Below are positions 12,044 to 24,672 of a stretch of 64,000 nucleotides of DNA, one piece after another; the first letter of the stretch is position 1, and every line of letters starts with the position of its first letter. This DNA comes from Podarcis melisellensis. Taxonomy: Eukaryota. The position numbers were made by a program, and so were the translations under genes. The stretch lies in assembly GCA_964234715.1 (NCBI GenBank), contig OZ174277.1; one strand, written 5' to 3'. The notes under the pieces are model-generated. The model had not been told where the DNA came from. It did not search any database and worked only from the letters and a program-made list of their open reading frames with translations.

Positions 12044-13608
12044 AACAGTAGTCTAAAATGGAGTCATTGGACAGCAGACTCAGGAATTAGGAAAGCTCAG
12101 AAGTACATGAGATTGCAGCCCAAACTTGCCATTTATAGCATAATTTAATTTCCTCACATTGAACCTGTGACGAACGCAAAGTGCTTTAAAACCAAGGAAC
12201 ACAATTATGTTTCAATCCAACCCTTTGTTTAAGCTTTATTTTCTTTTGGGATATGCTGATTATAGGGCTTAGTAATTCTCAATTCTTCAGTACAATTCTT
12301 TTTCTGATATGAAGCAGATATAAATAAACATATGTCCCCAAGAAGAATTCAGATGATACTATTTTGGGTTTGCCAGTGTTGAGTAACTATGGTTTAGAAA
12401 AAGAACCACTGCATCGCTACTGTGAGTCTGTAAGGCCCTTCATTTAAAGTTGGTATGCAGCGTGAGATCTCCAAATCGCTGACTTAATCCCAGTGGGATC
12501 ACAGAAATAAGGACATTATTGAGCAGAGTCCTTTATTAGTTGTCTATATTGTAGCTGATCAATACTTAAATATTTAACTCGGACCCCTTTCTGAAATCCT
12601 GGAAGGCTACAGCCAGTCAGGAAAAATAACACTGAGCTAGATAGACCCATGGTCTGATTCAATTTAAGGAAGCTTTCTAGGCTTCTATGTGAAGGTTTTT
12701 GTATAAACTTCCCTTGTAAAATGGAGCATAGTTACTTAGTTATTTTGACCGATCGGCTAATAACTAAAAGCGGATTCAACTTTTCCAATAGTGAAATGTT
12801 ATTTGCATCAAACTTTGCTCACTATTATTTGACACACTGATCACACTGGTTGATGAAAGTTAATTCACAAGAGCAGGTGTGTGAGAGGTGCATACATGCG
12901 GTAAATAGGGATGCAAGATATGCACAGAAAATCCTGTTTTATGCATGATGTTAGTACTGTCTAATCTATTGTACAGGTTTCTTCCATTATATGATTTATT
13001 ATTTTTAGCAAAATTCTTCCCAGAGCATCTATTTGTCCTACAATATTCCATAGTTTAAATATTTCAAATTTTAAAAATTGAAGTTATATTAAAATGAAAA
13101 GCAGTGCATCAAAACACATTTTATTGTGCTTCATAATTGGCTTTGATGATTAGATCTAAATTATACAGCATGTATTCGTCTTAAAAATGGTTTACTTGTC
13201 AGAACTTTTAATTGGATTCTTTTATCATCTTGTAAAAAGCTTTGTGATATAAATGTATATGTATATGTGGTATGAAAGTATGCAGCAGTGGGGGGAAACA
13301 GATTAACCCAGCATATTCTTTAGTGTAATGAGATTAATTTTGGGAGTCAAAAAACCCTGCACAATACTATTGTTATAAATGTATTTCATAACGGCTGTAC
13401 AATTAAATATTGATTTTCGAAGGTATGCCTCAGCATTTCTGGGACAAATTAGTTGATAAAATTGTATGTAACTGGTAAACAAAATGCAACTCTTTAGCTG
13501 TGTGTTAGTTTTATGGTTACTATAATCTGTCTTGGTCTGTGGGTCAGTAAAGGCCAGAGATTACACTAAAAGTGTAATAACTGGAACTTAAAGTAAGTTC
13601 AACATTTA

Positions 13609-14860
13609 ACTGAAACTGCCTTGGTCGGGCTGGTTGATGATCTCCGGCGAGCTAGGGACAAAGGTGAGAGTTGTTTCCTAGTTCTGCTGGATCTCTCAGC
13701 GGCCTTTGATACGATCGACCATAACATCCTTCTGGACCATCTAGAGGGGCTCAGAGCTGGGGGCACTGTTATACAGTGGTTTCGCTCCTTCCTCCTGGGC
13801 CGTGTTCAGAAAGTGGGGGGGGTGAGTGTTCAGACCCCTGGGCTCTCACTTGTGGGGTGCCTCAGGGTTCCGTCCTCTCCCCCATGCTTTTTACCATCTA
13901 TATGAAACCGCTGGGAGAGATCATCAGGGGGTTTGGACTGGGTGTCTATCAATATGCAGATGATACCCAGCTCTACCTCTCTTTCAAATCAGAACCAGTG
14001 AAGGCGGTGAAGGTCCTGTATGAGTGCCTGGAGGATGGATGGCGGCTAATGGATTGAAGTTGAATCCTGACAAGACAGAAGTACTGTTTTGGGGGGACAG
14101 GGGGCGGGCTGGTGTGGAGCACTCCCTGGTCCTGAATAGAGTAACTGTGCCCCTGAAGTGTGCAGCCTGGGAGTCATTTTGGACTCACAGCTGTCCATAG
14201 AGGCGCAGGTCAATTCTGTATCCAGGGCAGCTGTCTACCAACTCCACCTGGTACGCAGGCTGAGACCCTACCTGCCCGCAGACTGTCTCGCCAGTGGTGC
14301 ATGCTCTAGTTATCTCCCGCTTGGACTACTGCAATGCGCTCTACGTGGGGCTACCTTTGAAGGTGACTCGGAAACTACAACTAATCCAGAATGCGGCAGC
14401 TAGACTGGTGACTGGGGGCGGCCGCCGAGACCACATAACACCGGTCTTGAAAGACTTACATTGACTCCCAGTACATTTCCGAGCACAATTCAAAGTGCTG
14501 GTGTTGACCTTTAAAACCCTAAACAGCCTTGGCCCAGTATACCTGAAGGAGCGTCTCCACCCCCATCGTTCTGCCCGGACGCTGAGGTCCAGCGCTGAGG
14601 GCCTTCTGGCGGTTCCCTCATTGCAAGAAGCAAAGCTACAGGGAACCAGGCATTCTCGGTAGTGGCGCCCGCCCTGTGGAACGCCCTCCCATCAGATGTC
14701 AAAGCGATGAACAACTACCTGATATTCAGAAGACATCTTAAGGCAGCCCTGTTCAGGGAAGTTTGTAATGTGTGATATTTTAGTGTATTTTTGGTTTCTA
14801 TGGAAGCCGCCCATAGTGGCTGCGGAAACGCAGCCAGATGGGCGGGGTACAAATAATAAA

Positions 14861-14920
<60 letters not shown>
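13609..14920 (+). mobile_element. L2-clade LINE, 5'-truncated, frameshifted reverse transcriptase, (TTA)n tail
   Basis: Broken ORFs give TETALVGLVDDL..LVLLDLSAAFDTIDH, CGVPQGSVLSPMLF, YQYADDTQLY and later L2 motifs; 3' UTR followed by a (TAT)n tail at about 14865-14920. Confidence 0.92.
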
Positions 14921-14921
<1 letters not shown>

Positions 14922-15446
14922 CTACTTTCTTTCAGAATTTAACACTAGCATGTTCAAGTTACAGTAGCCATCTTCTGACACTTAGAAATCTTTCAAAGAG
15001 GAAATTTTATGGACCTTGCTTTTACATAATCTAACTTTTTAAAAATTTAGCTTTCATTTCTCTATTGCATAATTGATTTCCATGTTCCGTATCCCAAATG
15101 TCTACAGTCATTAATATCATACAAGTAGATAAGTATCCAGCCCTATGCATGCTTATGCTTTTTTCTATCATAGAAGTCAAATGGCTGTGAGTCCTGGAAG
15201 AGCTGCTCTTAGCATTGCTGGACTATTCCACCTTGCCTGGGCCTTGACTGACTCCAGCTACAAAAGCTGAGGCTGCTGAACAGACTCTTGGGTTGGAGTA
15301 TTGTTTGGGGTACTGTTTGGGGGAGTTGGGGGCTGCTATTTTATATCATTGTTTTTAGATCTTATGATATGTGTGAAAATCGTTCAGTTATGGTTGTGTA
15401 CTTTTTGATGTGATTTATTTATTATTTTTTGACTACTTTTGTTATA

Positions 15447-15950
15447 TTAATAATAATCTTTATTGCGGTCCAACGACCCATAACATGGATTCAGAATTAA
15501 ACACAGATTCATACAGACAACCTCCCAGGGAAGGAAGACCGAAGCGTTATTTGTTTAGTCATGGGTATGTTAATCTTTGATTCGTATGATTACTGAAAGA
15601 AACTTTGCCACGGCCAATGTGGTATCATTGGACTTGTCGTCCAGAAGATATTTGATATCGTAGGCTTCAGATTGACCCAGCCGATTTGCCAATACAGTGG
15701 TACCTCGGGTTAAGTACTTAATTCGTTTTGGAGGTCTGTACTTAACCTGAAACTGTTCTTAACCTGAAGCACCACTTTAGCTAATGGGGCCTCCCGCTGC
15801 CGCTGCGCCGCCAGAGCACAATTTCTGTTCTTATCCTGAAGCAAAATTTTTAACCCGAGGTATTATTTCTGGGTTAGCGGAGTCTGTAACCTGAAGCATA
15901 TGTAACCCGAGGTACCACTGTAGTGGTTTAATCAATAGTTCCCTAGCTTG
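15447..15950 (-). mobile_element. 3' end of a non-LTR retrotransposon (RTE-X-like), interrupted by a MITE
   Basis: Removing the MITE and one TA gives an open frame QARELLIKPLLANRLGQSEAYDIKYLLDDKSNDTTLAVAKFLSVIIRIKD* (stop at 15570-15572), then a short UTR and an aataaagattattatt tail. Confidence 0.7.
15695..15920. mobile_element. Tc1/mariner (Tigger/pogo-like) MITE, 226 bp
   Basis: Perfect 18-bp TIRs cagtggtacctcgggtta / taacccgaggtaccactg with TA on both sides. Confidence 0.93.
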
Positions 15951-17584
15951 AATAACACTACTGCAGAATAACACTACTTTAGAACCAGTTCACAAGCAGG
16001 CATTCTCAAATGTACACATCATTTCTTCTTCTTCTAGAACAAGAAGGAAATCTTTTGTACCAAGGGGTGCTTGGCTGATGCATCAGAACAGTTGTTTCAT
16101 TCAGTCATCATATTGCAATCCCTTTCTGTGCCTCCATGGCTTATGTGGAGGTTCTCCACTCACTCCATATACACTTCAGTGGAGGGAACAACAAAAGGAA
16201 GCTTGACCAGAGCTGCCACTTCCATTAAAGTGAATGGAACCACTAGTGGAGAAACACTTTGCGCAGATGGGAGCAACACACTTAGGATCAGTATGAGCCA
16301 TTTCAACATGTCAACAAAATCTGTTGCTCTCACATTCATGTAAGTAGCAGAATCCGTACACGGATTCAACAAAGCTATTTGAAAACAAGGTTTTATTGTA
16401 AAAGAAATTGTTTACGTATATTGCTTTGAAAATGTATATTGGTTGTCTGACCATGCCTTCTTCCTTTACTAAATCTTATATATCAACAATTAGTATCTTC
16501 AGTTTCACAGCCTAGAATAAACAATTACATCTGCACCCACAGAATACAATGCCTAATTGCTGAAATTTACACTGAACTCTAAAAATAGCATGGCAAAATT
16601 ATTCCTTTCTCTTTCCCTTAAAAGAAGGGGGACACACACCCTGACATCAATATCTTGCTTGAGGGCAGAGCAAAATCCTTGTATTTTATGTGAGAGTACA
16701 AATTATGTAACCACTCTTTATACTCTGTAAGGCCGTTTGAGAAAATATAGGGGAAAGAACAATTTTTCTATTGCTGAAAACCAATAATGGATGTTTGATT
16801 ATGGTTATTAAAAACAACATACCACATAATACTAGGCAATAACAGTCATAAAAAAGCATTTGAGCAAGAGTCAGGGATGGGAATTAGGTTGGGGTTTTAT
16901 GTATTCTTTTCATCTGCCAGACATTCATTTCATCTAGGACAAAACTTTAATCATGGCCTGTCATTTTCCTATCAATGTTCAATGTCACTGTGTTATAGTT
17001 AAATTATCTCCATGGGAAACACAAAATGACAGACTGCTGTAGCTGATTGTTTTTCCTTTGATTTCTTTCTAAGGTGATGAAGATAAGCTTGCAGAGCTGA
17101 CTTGTCAAAGGAAAGAAATTAACTAATTGACAAGGAAAGCAGCAAGGAGCCTTGTAAGAGCTTACTTTCTAATTGGTTTATTTTAAACACTGTATCTTTT
17201 TAAAGGGATATTATCTGGTCTATAATATACAGAATTTGTTGCACAGAGAGCTATTCTAATGCTCCCATATCTAGTAAAAGAAGTACAAGTAAGACCTGCA
17301 ACAAAATGTTGCAGAATGGAATGTTCCTGTCCAGAGTTCTGGCCACCCAGTGCATCATGCCCTTTTCCAGGATATTCCATGCAACTCTCCCACCCCATTT
17401 TCTGCTCCCTCACAGATAGTTATTGTTCTGTGGCTGCTAAGCATTGTTGTACTTCTGAAACTTTGGAACTCTCTCACATCTGCTGATTTCTCCCTCTTGT
17501 ATGTGGACCGTACAGTTTTGGCCACATAAGAATAATCACTCTAAGAAAGAGTTTTCCATTAGCATAAAGCACAGGTGAGACGAT

Positions 17585-18170
17585 CTCTAACCTGTGGGCC
17601 TAACTAGGCAGGGCATGGGTCCCAATTTAGCCCTTGGGACTGTTTCCCCCCACACCACACCCATGTGCCTCACACCTGACATCAGGACACAGTCACAAAG
17701 ACACTGATGGGAGTTTAAAGTGAGCTCCCAGTTGTTCTTTGAATCACTGATGGCACCAATCAGCTGAAAGTGAACCACACTAGGATTGGCTGCACTGGGG
17801 AGTTTCCGTTGGTGTGCCTTCAAAGAGGCTTTCTGCATCCACCAATTAGCTGACTGGAGATTACAGTAAGTCCCTTTGAAGTCCCTTTGCAGGCGTAGTT
17901 TGCATTCAAACCATACCTGCAAGTGGACCTTTTTTGTTTCCAGAAAACTTGCTGGTTTGCAGAGGAAAAATGTAGGCATGGTTTGAATCCAAAGTACATC
18001 TTCAAAGGGACTTGGTGTAACCACCAATCAACAGTTAGAGCAAACCCCTCTGAAGTTATCACCTGATATTATAATAATGTCAGGGAGCCCCGCCCACTTC
18101 TCTAAATTGACACGTGAAGAGTAAGGGAGGTAAGGCTCTGGCCTGCCAGATTCAATTTCCTACTTCTGAT
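17585..18170. mobile_element. Degenerate non-autonomous DNA transposon (hAT-like) with a long internal palindrome
   Basis: aacctgtgggcc... and ...tctggcctgcc subterminal motifs, repeated cacctga motifs, imperfect inverted repeat centred near 17945. Boundaries approximate. Confidence 0.45.
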
Positions 18171-18299
18171 GTGTGGGATTTTTTCCCCACTCCACAAAAC
18201 ACTATACTGTAAATAATTTTGCAACAGGGTTGTAAGAGATGGGATTTTTTCCAACATAAAGTTGGCACGAGATCATTAACACAGCTTTGTTTAGCTATA

Positions 18300-18541
18300 C
18301 AGTCATACCTTGGTTCTCAAACGTAATCCATTCTGGAAGTCTATTCGACTTCTGAAAATGTTCAAAAACCAAAGCGCAGTTTCCAATTGGCTGCAGGAGC
18401 TTCCTGCACTCAAGCGGAAGCTGCGTTGGACATTCGGCTTCCAAAGAATGTTCGAAAACCGGAACACTTACTTCTGGGTTTTCAGCATTTGGGAGCCAAA
18501 ACATATGAGTACCACGGCATTCGAGAACCAAGGTATGGCTG
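18300..18541. mobile_element. Tigger/pogo-like MITE
   Basis: TIRs cagtcataccttggttctc / gagaaccaaggtatggctg, TA flanks; interior matches the 61458 element in inverted orientation. Confidence 0.88.
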
Positions 18542-18992
18542 TAGTTCCTCTGACAAGCTCAAAAAGTTCAAATATGTATCATTTAATTCCTGGGATGAAG
18601 GTGTGCAGAATACCATCAATGCATAGTGTTGCAGTGTGCTGCGTTGATGCGCCCTGGCTTTTCATATTCTGCAAAGCCCAGCTACGCCTGGAGTCCAGAA
18701 GCTATCTGCCCAGCAGTCATATTATTTGCTAAAGTTAATGCAGTGATAGCTGAAACAGTTCTAACAGCCCTTAGCTTGGAACCAAGCCTAGGCACCCTAC
18801 AATTCTGACTGGGTGCAGCTGGATACAGTTGGCCCTTCAACTTTGTGCAAATTTTCCAGCATTTTGCAGCAGCAGCATGCCTCACTCATGCATCCTGTGT
18901 ATTCCTGAATACTGTGCATTCCCTAAAAATGTGCCCTTTCACCCAGTACTATGTGTTACGAATTTGGTATCTCTCATGCAAGAAGGGGAAAT

Positions 18993-19233
18993 GTGAGGTG
19001 CCTCGGTTTACGAACTTAATCCGTTCTGGAAGTCCGTTCTCAAACCGAACCCATTCTTAAACTAAGGCACGCTTTTCCTAATGAGGCCTCCCACCACCAG
19101 TGCCCTTCAACCATTCAGATTCTGTTCTTAGACCGAGGTCAAGTTCTCAAACTGGGACACTACTTCCAGTTTTGCAGAGTTCGTAAAACAAATTGTTTGT
19201 AAACAGGACTGTTCTTAAACCGCGGTACCACTG
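18993..19233. mobile_element. Tigger/pogo-like MITE with degenerate left TIR
   Basis: ggtgcctcggtttacgaacttaatccgttctgga ... taaaccgcggtaccactg followed by TA. Confidence 0.8.
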
Positions 19234-22143
19234 TACTAGCATTTCACAAATGAGAATAAAATTCACTTCCCAAAGCACTATGTCTAAGTAATCAGTATTT
19301 CTTAGGAGATCAAAAACCAAAGATAAAAGAGAACAAAGCTCAACTCAGTAGCCTGAATAAAGCTAACCTTGGGTCAATTTTAAATAATACAAAGTTAAAC
19401 AAAAACTGGGGTGTTGTGCATTGCTACTTCATAAATTTCAAAGGGCACTGTCAAGGACAATGAGTCCAAAAAACTAACTTCTTATATTGATTTTAAAAAA
19501 CCTGTATCATTGCCAAGAATGTATAAGCTGTATAGATTTTCTAGCTCTGAGATGCTTTCCCGTGCTCTTTCTTTATTTTTCAAAGAATCAATGATGCCAG
19601 CGCAGTATTCATGAATTTCTAACACTGGCAGAACTAAATTCATTAATAAACAAAACAAGAGGCTTGCAGTCCTTTGCTCCACCCTGCAAAGTCTTCTGGT
19701 TTGGGCAGTAACTGTAGGAGTTGGAGAGAGGTGGCCCCATCCACCTACCATTCTAAGAGGCAAGAGCAGAGTGTCAAAAGGTTGTTGTAGAGCTGACAAC
19801 GTCTGGAAGAGTCTCAAGTTCAGTCTAGCCTGTCCTTCAATTAACCTGTATACCTGAAACTCTGCACAAAGGTCAGGGACCCCCTGTAGCCTCAGAATGA
19901 AAGGTTAAGTTCACACCTGACCTCCCAAATGAAAACTAAGTACCTAAAAATATTGAAAGACTGCATCAGCCAGGCTGAAGCTACCCCATTGTTGGTACAA
20001 GTTTCCAAAAGCATGGAGGTTATTGGCAAAGAAGTGGCCCTATCCACTTCTATCCGCTAAGGTTCTGTCAGCTCCTGATGCACCCAAGACTAGATATCTG
20101 CAGGCCATTGGGGGGCCCAGGTTTGAGGAAACCAGAACAAGATGCCCTCAGGGAGCCTCATGTCACATTCAGGATGGTAGAATTGGGAGGATCCCTTTTT
20201 CTTTCTTTCCCTGCCCCCCAAACAAAATAAACTGTTCCCTGTTGGGAACAGACCCTTTACTTTCTCATGCATGTTGTCAGTGTACTGCCTCCAGTTTGCT
20301 TATCGTCTTCTAAAAAAGGTTTTGAAGAAACGTTAGAAAAAGGATTGGGCCTCTTCTCCACCATCTGCTCAGTCAATCCCTTCCTCCTTATCAGGTAGTG
20401 GCAGCCCCCACAACATCTGAAGAGTCTACTCCTTTGGTTCGCAGAGCACTTCTGGGCCCATGTTGGGTTGGAGCCACTCTGGGGAATGAAAGATGGTGGA
20501 CACAAAGGGAGTTGGAGGTGAGGACCCCAGAACTGCACCTGGAAGTCTGGCCCTAGTAGTCACACTACTGCTGTCTCGTTCACCAGCAGCAGCATGTTTT
20601 GCCAGGAATATGATATCCAGGCTTGCCATGACAGAGTTTTATACTCATTCCATTACTTGAACTGACTGGGATGATTAACCACATGTACTATGTGTGACGT
20701 AAGTGGCATACCCAAACAGCAACCTCTTGCAAAAATCACTTCTATAGATGTCAAGAACAGACAAAGCTGGTTGGGGCCTGGGTACAGTTCCCAAAATAGG
20801 GTGCTCTTCCCCAGAACAGGAATGCATGAAAAAGAACTATTCATGTAAGACCAAAATTGGGAACAAAATTGGGCCTTACTAGTGAATAAGGCGAACTGCA
20901 ATCTTTGCTGGTAACGTTCCATGTAGTTCAAAAGAGACAAAGAGTTGCAGAAACTGCCTGCAAAAAAGGAGGGTAGCCAAACTGGGGGTCTCCTGGGTTA
21001 ATCAGATTTATTTCAAACTAATTAAATTAACTGTGGCTCCTTAAAGAATCCAAGTATTACAGGGAACCACCATATGCTGGCTATTTCAATGGCCCACTAC
21101 TGTCAACTCTAACAGAGTTCTCTTGGGGCTAAGGCAGATGTCTCTTCTGATTCCGCTACCTAGGAACCATTAACAAGGGATGTTGGACTGTCAAATGTAA
21201 CGTCTCGTAAGTTCCAACTGCTCAACCATTTAGCCATGCCCCCTTTAATCATTTAGAGAAATACAAGATTAAGTAAAAGATACCATGTAACTGAAATGAG
21301 TGCTCATTTCATAAATCTGAATGTAATCTCTCTTGAAAAAAATTACACCCCTTACGCCTAACAGACACCATCTTGTTTCAAAATTCAGCACTGTTGCCAC
21401 ATGCTCATGAACTGACAACTGCACTTGTTAAATTAAACAAAGATGAAGTTGAATAGAAATAATGAAGACAAATAGTGAGGAATCAGTTAAAGGGGGGTGG
21501 GGGTGGTATTCATTTTCAAAGCTCCAGGGTACTGTATCACTGTCAGTCTTTAGCAGCAATGCAAATGTATATCACAGCGTTGGAGCGTATTAAACCCCGT
21601 ATTCATTTATACTCCCACTTTCCAAATTCTAAAACAGAATAAACAAGTAAGGCTCCTTTGTGTGTTGTCAATAGTTATCATCCTTCAAAGAATGGCATCC
21701 CCCTAAATAATTGTAAGATTTCTATCTGGGAATTAAGAAAAGCGACTAAATGTGCCCCGCTCCCTCCTCTGCCTGCTTTCTTTCTTTGAGATTTGGAGTA
21801 CAGCGTAATCACATTAAATTTTTCAGCTCAAAAAAAGAAGTGATATTTATGGTGACTGACACAAATAAAAAAGTAGTTTGGAGCCTGAGGCAACTGTGAT
21901 AAGGGATTTTGGACGAATCACCATGTGGCCTGTGAGATATAATAGAATGCTATTACAGAATATAGAGTGGATACTGATCTCTCTGTGGTATGTAATATTC
22001 TTGTTGCTGTCTTCGAGTTAGGAATGGCTTGGATGCAACTATTATTAATTATCATCATCATCATCATTGAATTTATACCCCCCTGTCCTAAATGTTATTG
22101 AGGGTAGCATTTAATTAGTCTTGCAACAATTAAAATGGAGTGG

Positions 22144-22395
22144 TGTAAGGGACTGGGAAGACACTGACGGGTACTGGAGTTTGACTCGGGAGAGGGGCTC
22201 AGTGATTTGTGGGGACCTGTACAACCAGGAAGCAAGAGTCAGATGCAGGGAAAGCTTAAGAACTGGAGGATAGAGCATAGGATGGCTTGACAGAAGAGGC
22301 CGGTCAGGCAAGTGAAGGGTCAGGTGCTTCCCCACCCTCTCCTGCACCACTCTCTCCCCAAACCAGGAGGAAATTGAAGAGGAAAGAGGTTAAAT
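22144..22395 (+). mobile_element. Possible truncated Gypsy-type LTR fragment
   Basis: Starts TGTAAGGGA, purine-rich, resembles lizard Gypsy LTRs; no right end or TSD seen. Confidence 0.3.
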
Positions 22396-22509
22396 GGTCA
22401 TCTCTCACGTATGATCTAGTTGAGATTCCTGCTTTTCTAGAGGTTGGACTAGATGACCCTCAGTGTGATTTAGATGACAGGACACCATGCTACTAAACAT
22501 AGATCAATA

Positions 22510-22625
22510 TTAGGGAACCTGCTGCCTTCCAAATGTTGCTGGCTTACAACTCCCATCATCCCTGACCACCGCTTTGCTGGATGAGGGGGATGGGAGGGTC
22601 AGGACTTGCATGGTGACTTTCCTAT
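22510..22625. mobile_element. hAT-derived MITE remnant
   Basis: gggaacctg..ccttccaaatgttgctgg..acaactcccatcatccctgacc motif shared with copies at 29133, 38722 and about 58590. Confidence 0.6.
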
Positions 22626-23839
22626 AAAGACACATGTTTCATTACGGAGTCTAGGCCCTTCGAAACCATATACTGCAGCATCTGAAGAACTTTTTAAGAA
22701 ATCATAAATACTTAGATTATCCTGTTATAAGAGTAACACAACACCAAGCGATAAGCCTTTTAAGAGGCAACCAAAGCCTTGAGGGAAACACCAGAGCTCT
22801 TCAAAGCTGGAAGATTAAACATTAATCTCAGCAACGGCTCAGGAGGGGGGAGTAAGCAAATGCTCTGAATAAGGATTAACATAACAATGACATTGTTTTC
22901 TTGCTTTCTATTTTTGGATCTGGAATAAGAAGATGAGAATTCTTCATGATCTCCAAAGTTCTTCATAATCAAACAGGGAATTACTTAATGATATGATACA
23001 ACCAATGAGCCATGGCTAAGTTTATCTGAAATATGCCATGTGCAAGATCAATAGGAGGATTTTCTGCCACCGGATGTTATGTGGATACTCATTCACAAGG
23101 AATAGAGCAGGCATCTTTCAACCTTCTGCTAGTGTGACATTGGAAGGAGAGCCCTTCCACATCAAGCCTGACGCTGTCTTAAAAGGAAAAACAGGCAGCA
23201 TCAGATGGCATGCCCAGCCCCACACGCCTGCCACAGGCCTTATCAATGTAGATGGACAGGCAAATGCATTATTTAAAGGCACAGGCTGCATCAGTGCCAG
23301 AAGAGTGAAATACACATGTATGTAGACTGGTGCTGTGAACCAAAAGTGTTCCCCCATGCCTATTCCTTTTCTTAACCAGCATAATGTCACTCAAGCTGAC
23401 AAGGATGTTTTGGTGCGGTCTCAAATGGAGATTCACTAACTCCAGAAGCTTGCTGTCTCTGCTTCCTAGATGCTATGAATCAGAACAATTTCCACACAGT
23501 TCCCCGCCCCCCTCTCATTTCACCTCAACACTGAAGCAATCTATATTTGCTTCTCTGGTTATGTGTGGGAAATGCCTTGCAGCCCTGAAGTCCCATTCTA
23601 CCTGTGACATAGTCCACATTTCTGAATAATTAAAACAATCCTCAAGCCTCCCTGATGTAAATTAATGTGCAGTGAAAACTGAGGAAAAGCAGACAAAATG
23701 GAAAAGTAGAAGAGTAGAGAGCAAGACCAGTTGGTTGGCTTGCAGTATTCTTTAAGCTTCTGATAGGAAGGGCAAGCTCACAAGTCCAGACTCATTTCAC
23801 AAGGCTACCATTTTAGGTGCATAGTACACAATCTTTCAT

Positions 23840-24191
23840 GGGATGTGGGTGGCGCTGTGGGTTAAACCACAGAGCCTAGGACTTGCCAATCAGAAGGTCG
23901 GCGGTTTGAATACCTGCAACAGGGTGAGCTCCCATTGCTCGGTCCCTGCTCCTGCCAACCTAGCAGTTCAAAAGCACATCAAAAAGTGCAAGTAGATAAA
24001 TAGGTACCGCTCTGGTGAGAAGGTAAACGGCGTTTCCGTGCGCTGCTCTGGTTCATCAGAAGCAGCTTAGTCATGCTGGCCACATAACCCAGAAGCTGTA
24101 CGCCGGCTCCCTCGGCCAATAAAGCAAGATGAGCGCCGCAACCCCAGAGTCAGTCACGACTGGACCTAACGGTCGGGGGTCCCTTTACCTT
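23840..24191 (+). mobile_element. Sauria SINE (Squam1, lacertid type), full length
   Basis: Head gggatgtgggtggcgctgtgggttaaaccacagagcctagg, core gtgcaagtagataaataggtacc, tail ccctttacctt; 12-bp TSD tacacaatcttt at 23825-23836 and 24192-24203. Confidence 0.95.
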
Positions 24192-24672
24192 TACACAATC
24201 TTTACTTCACAGAGAAAGGGTTTGTGGTTTCCATATAAGCCAGCCAAAATATATGATTTTAATTGATTGTTTCTGCATTACTGTTGTAAACCTCTCTGAT
24301 TTTTTTTAAATGAATAGCAGTATAAAAATATTTTTAGAAATATATAAATAAATCCCTCCACTGAGAATGGCCTCACGTTTTTTTAGAACACTACACTGAA
24401 ATGTCTTGAGACTTTTGACCTTTCAACCCATGTTTTGAAAACAAAGTTTCATATTTCTCATATTTTAAAAAGAAACCATTAACTAAACAAAGTTACAATA
24501 ATTAGACATGTTATCCCCAAAAGCCTTCTAAAGTCCAAACCAGTCATTTGAATTATAGTGGTGGGGCTAGGGGAGTAGACAGAATAGTAATCAGAGACAT
24601 TGTACAGCATAAAGTAACAAATTAAAAATGATATATTTTCTAAATATTTTAAAGATCCCATCCCTCCTTTAC

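Larger units (their letters stand above)
11209..24672 (-). other. DISC1: DISC1 intron 10 (GT-AG, 13,464 bp)
   Basis: Lies between the two in-frame exons with canonical GT/AG ends. Confidence 0.85.

Noticed and set aside
11658-12056. 132-aa ORF, nearly duplicated by the 156-aa ORF at 49738-50208
   Set aside because: The shared peptide is the antisense translation of two copies of the same SINE; the poly-Lys is the (AAG)n tail.
18310-18732. 140-aa ORF and other ORFs overlapping MITEs (39209, 59214, 61460)
   Set aside because: Derived from non-coding MITE interiors; no transposase motifs.
20653-20958. Minus-strand acceptor followed by a 95-aa ORF, considered as an alternative DISC1 terminal exon
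   Set aside because: Splicing from exon 10 (phase 2) enters a different frame that stops after about 25 codons; no DISC1 similarity.
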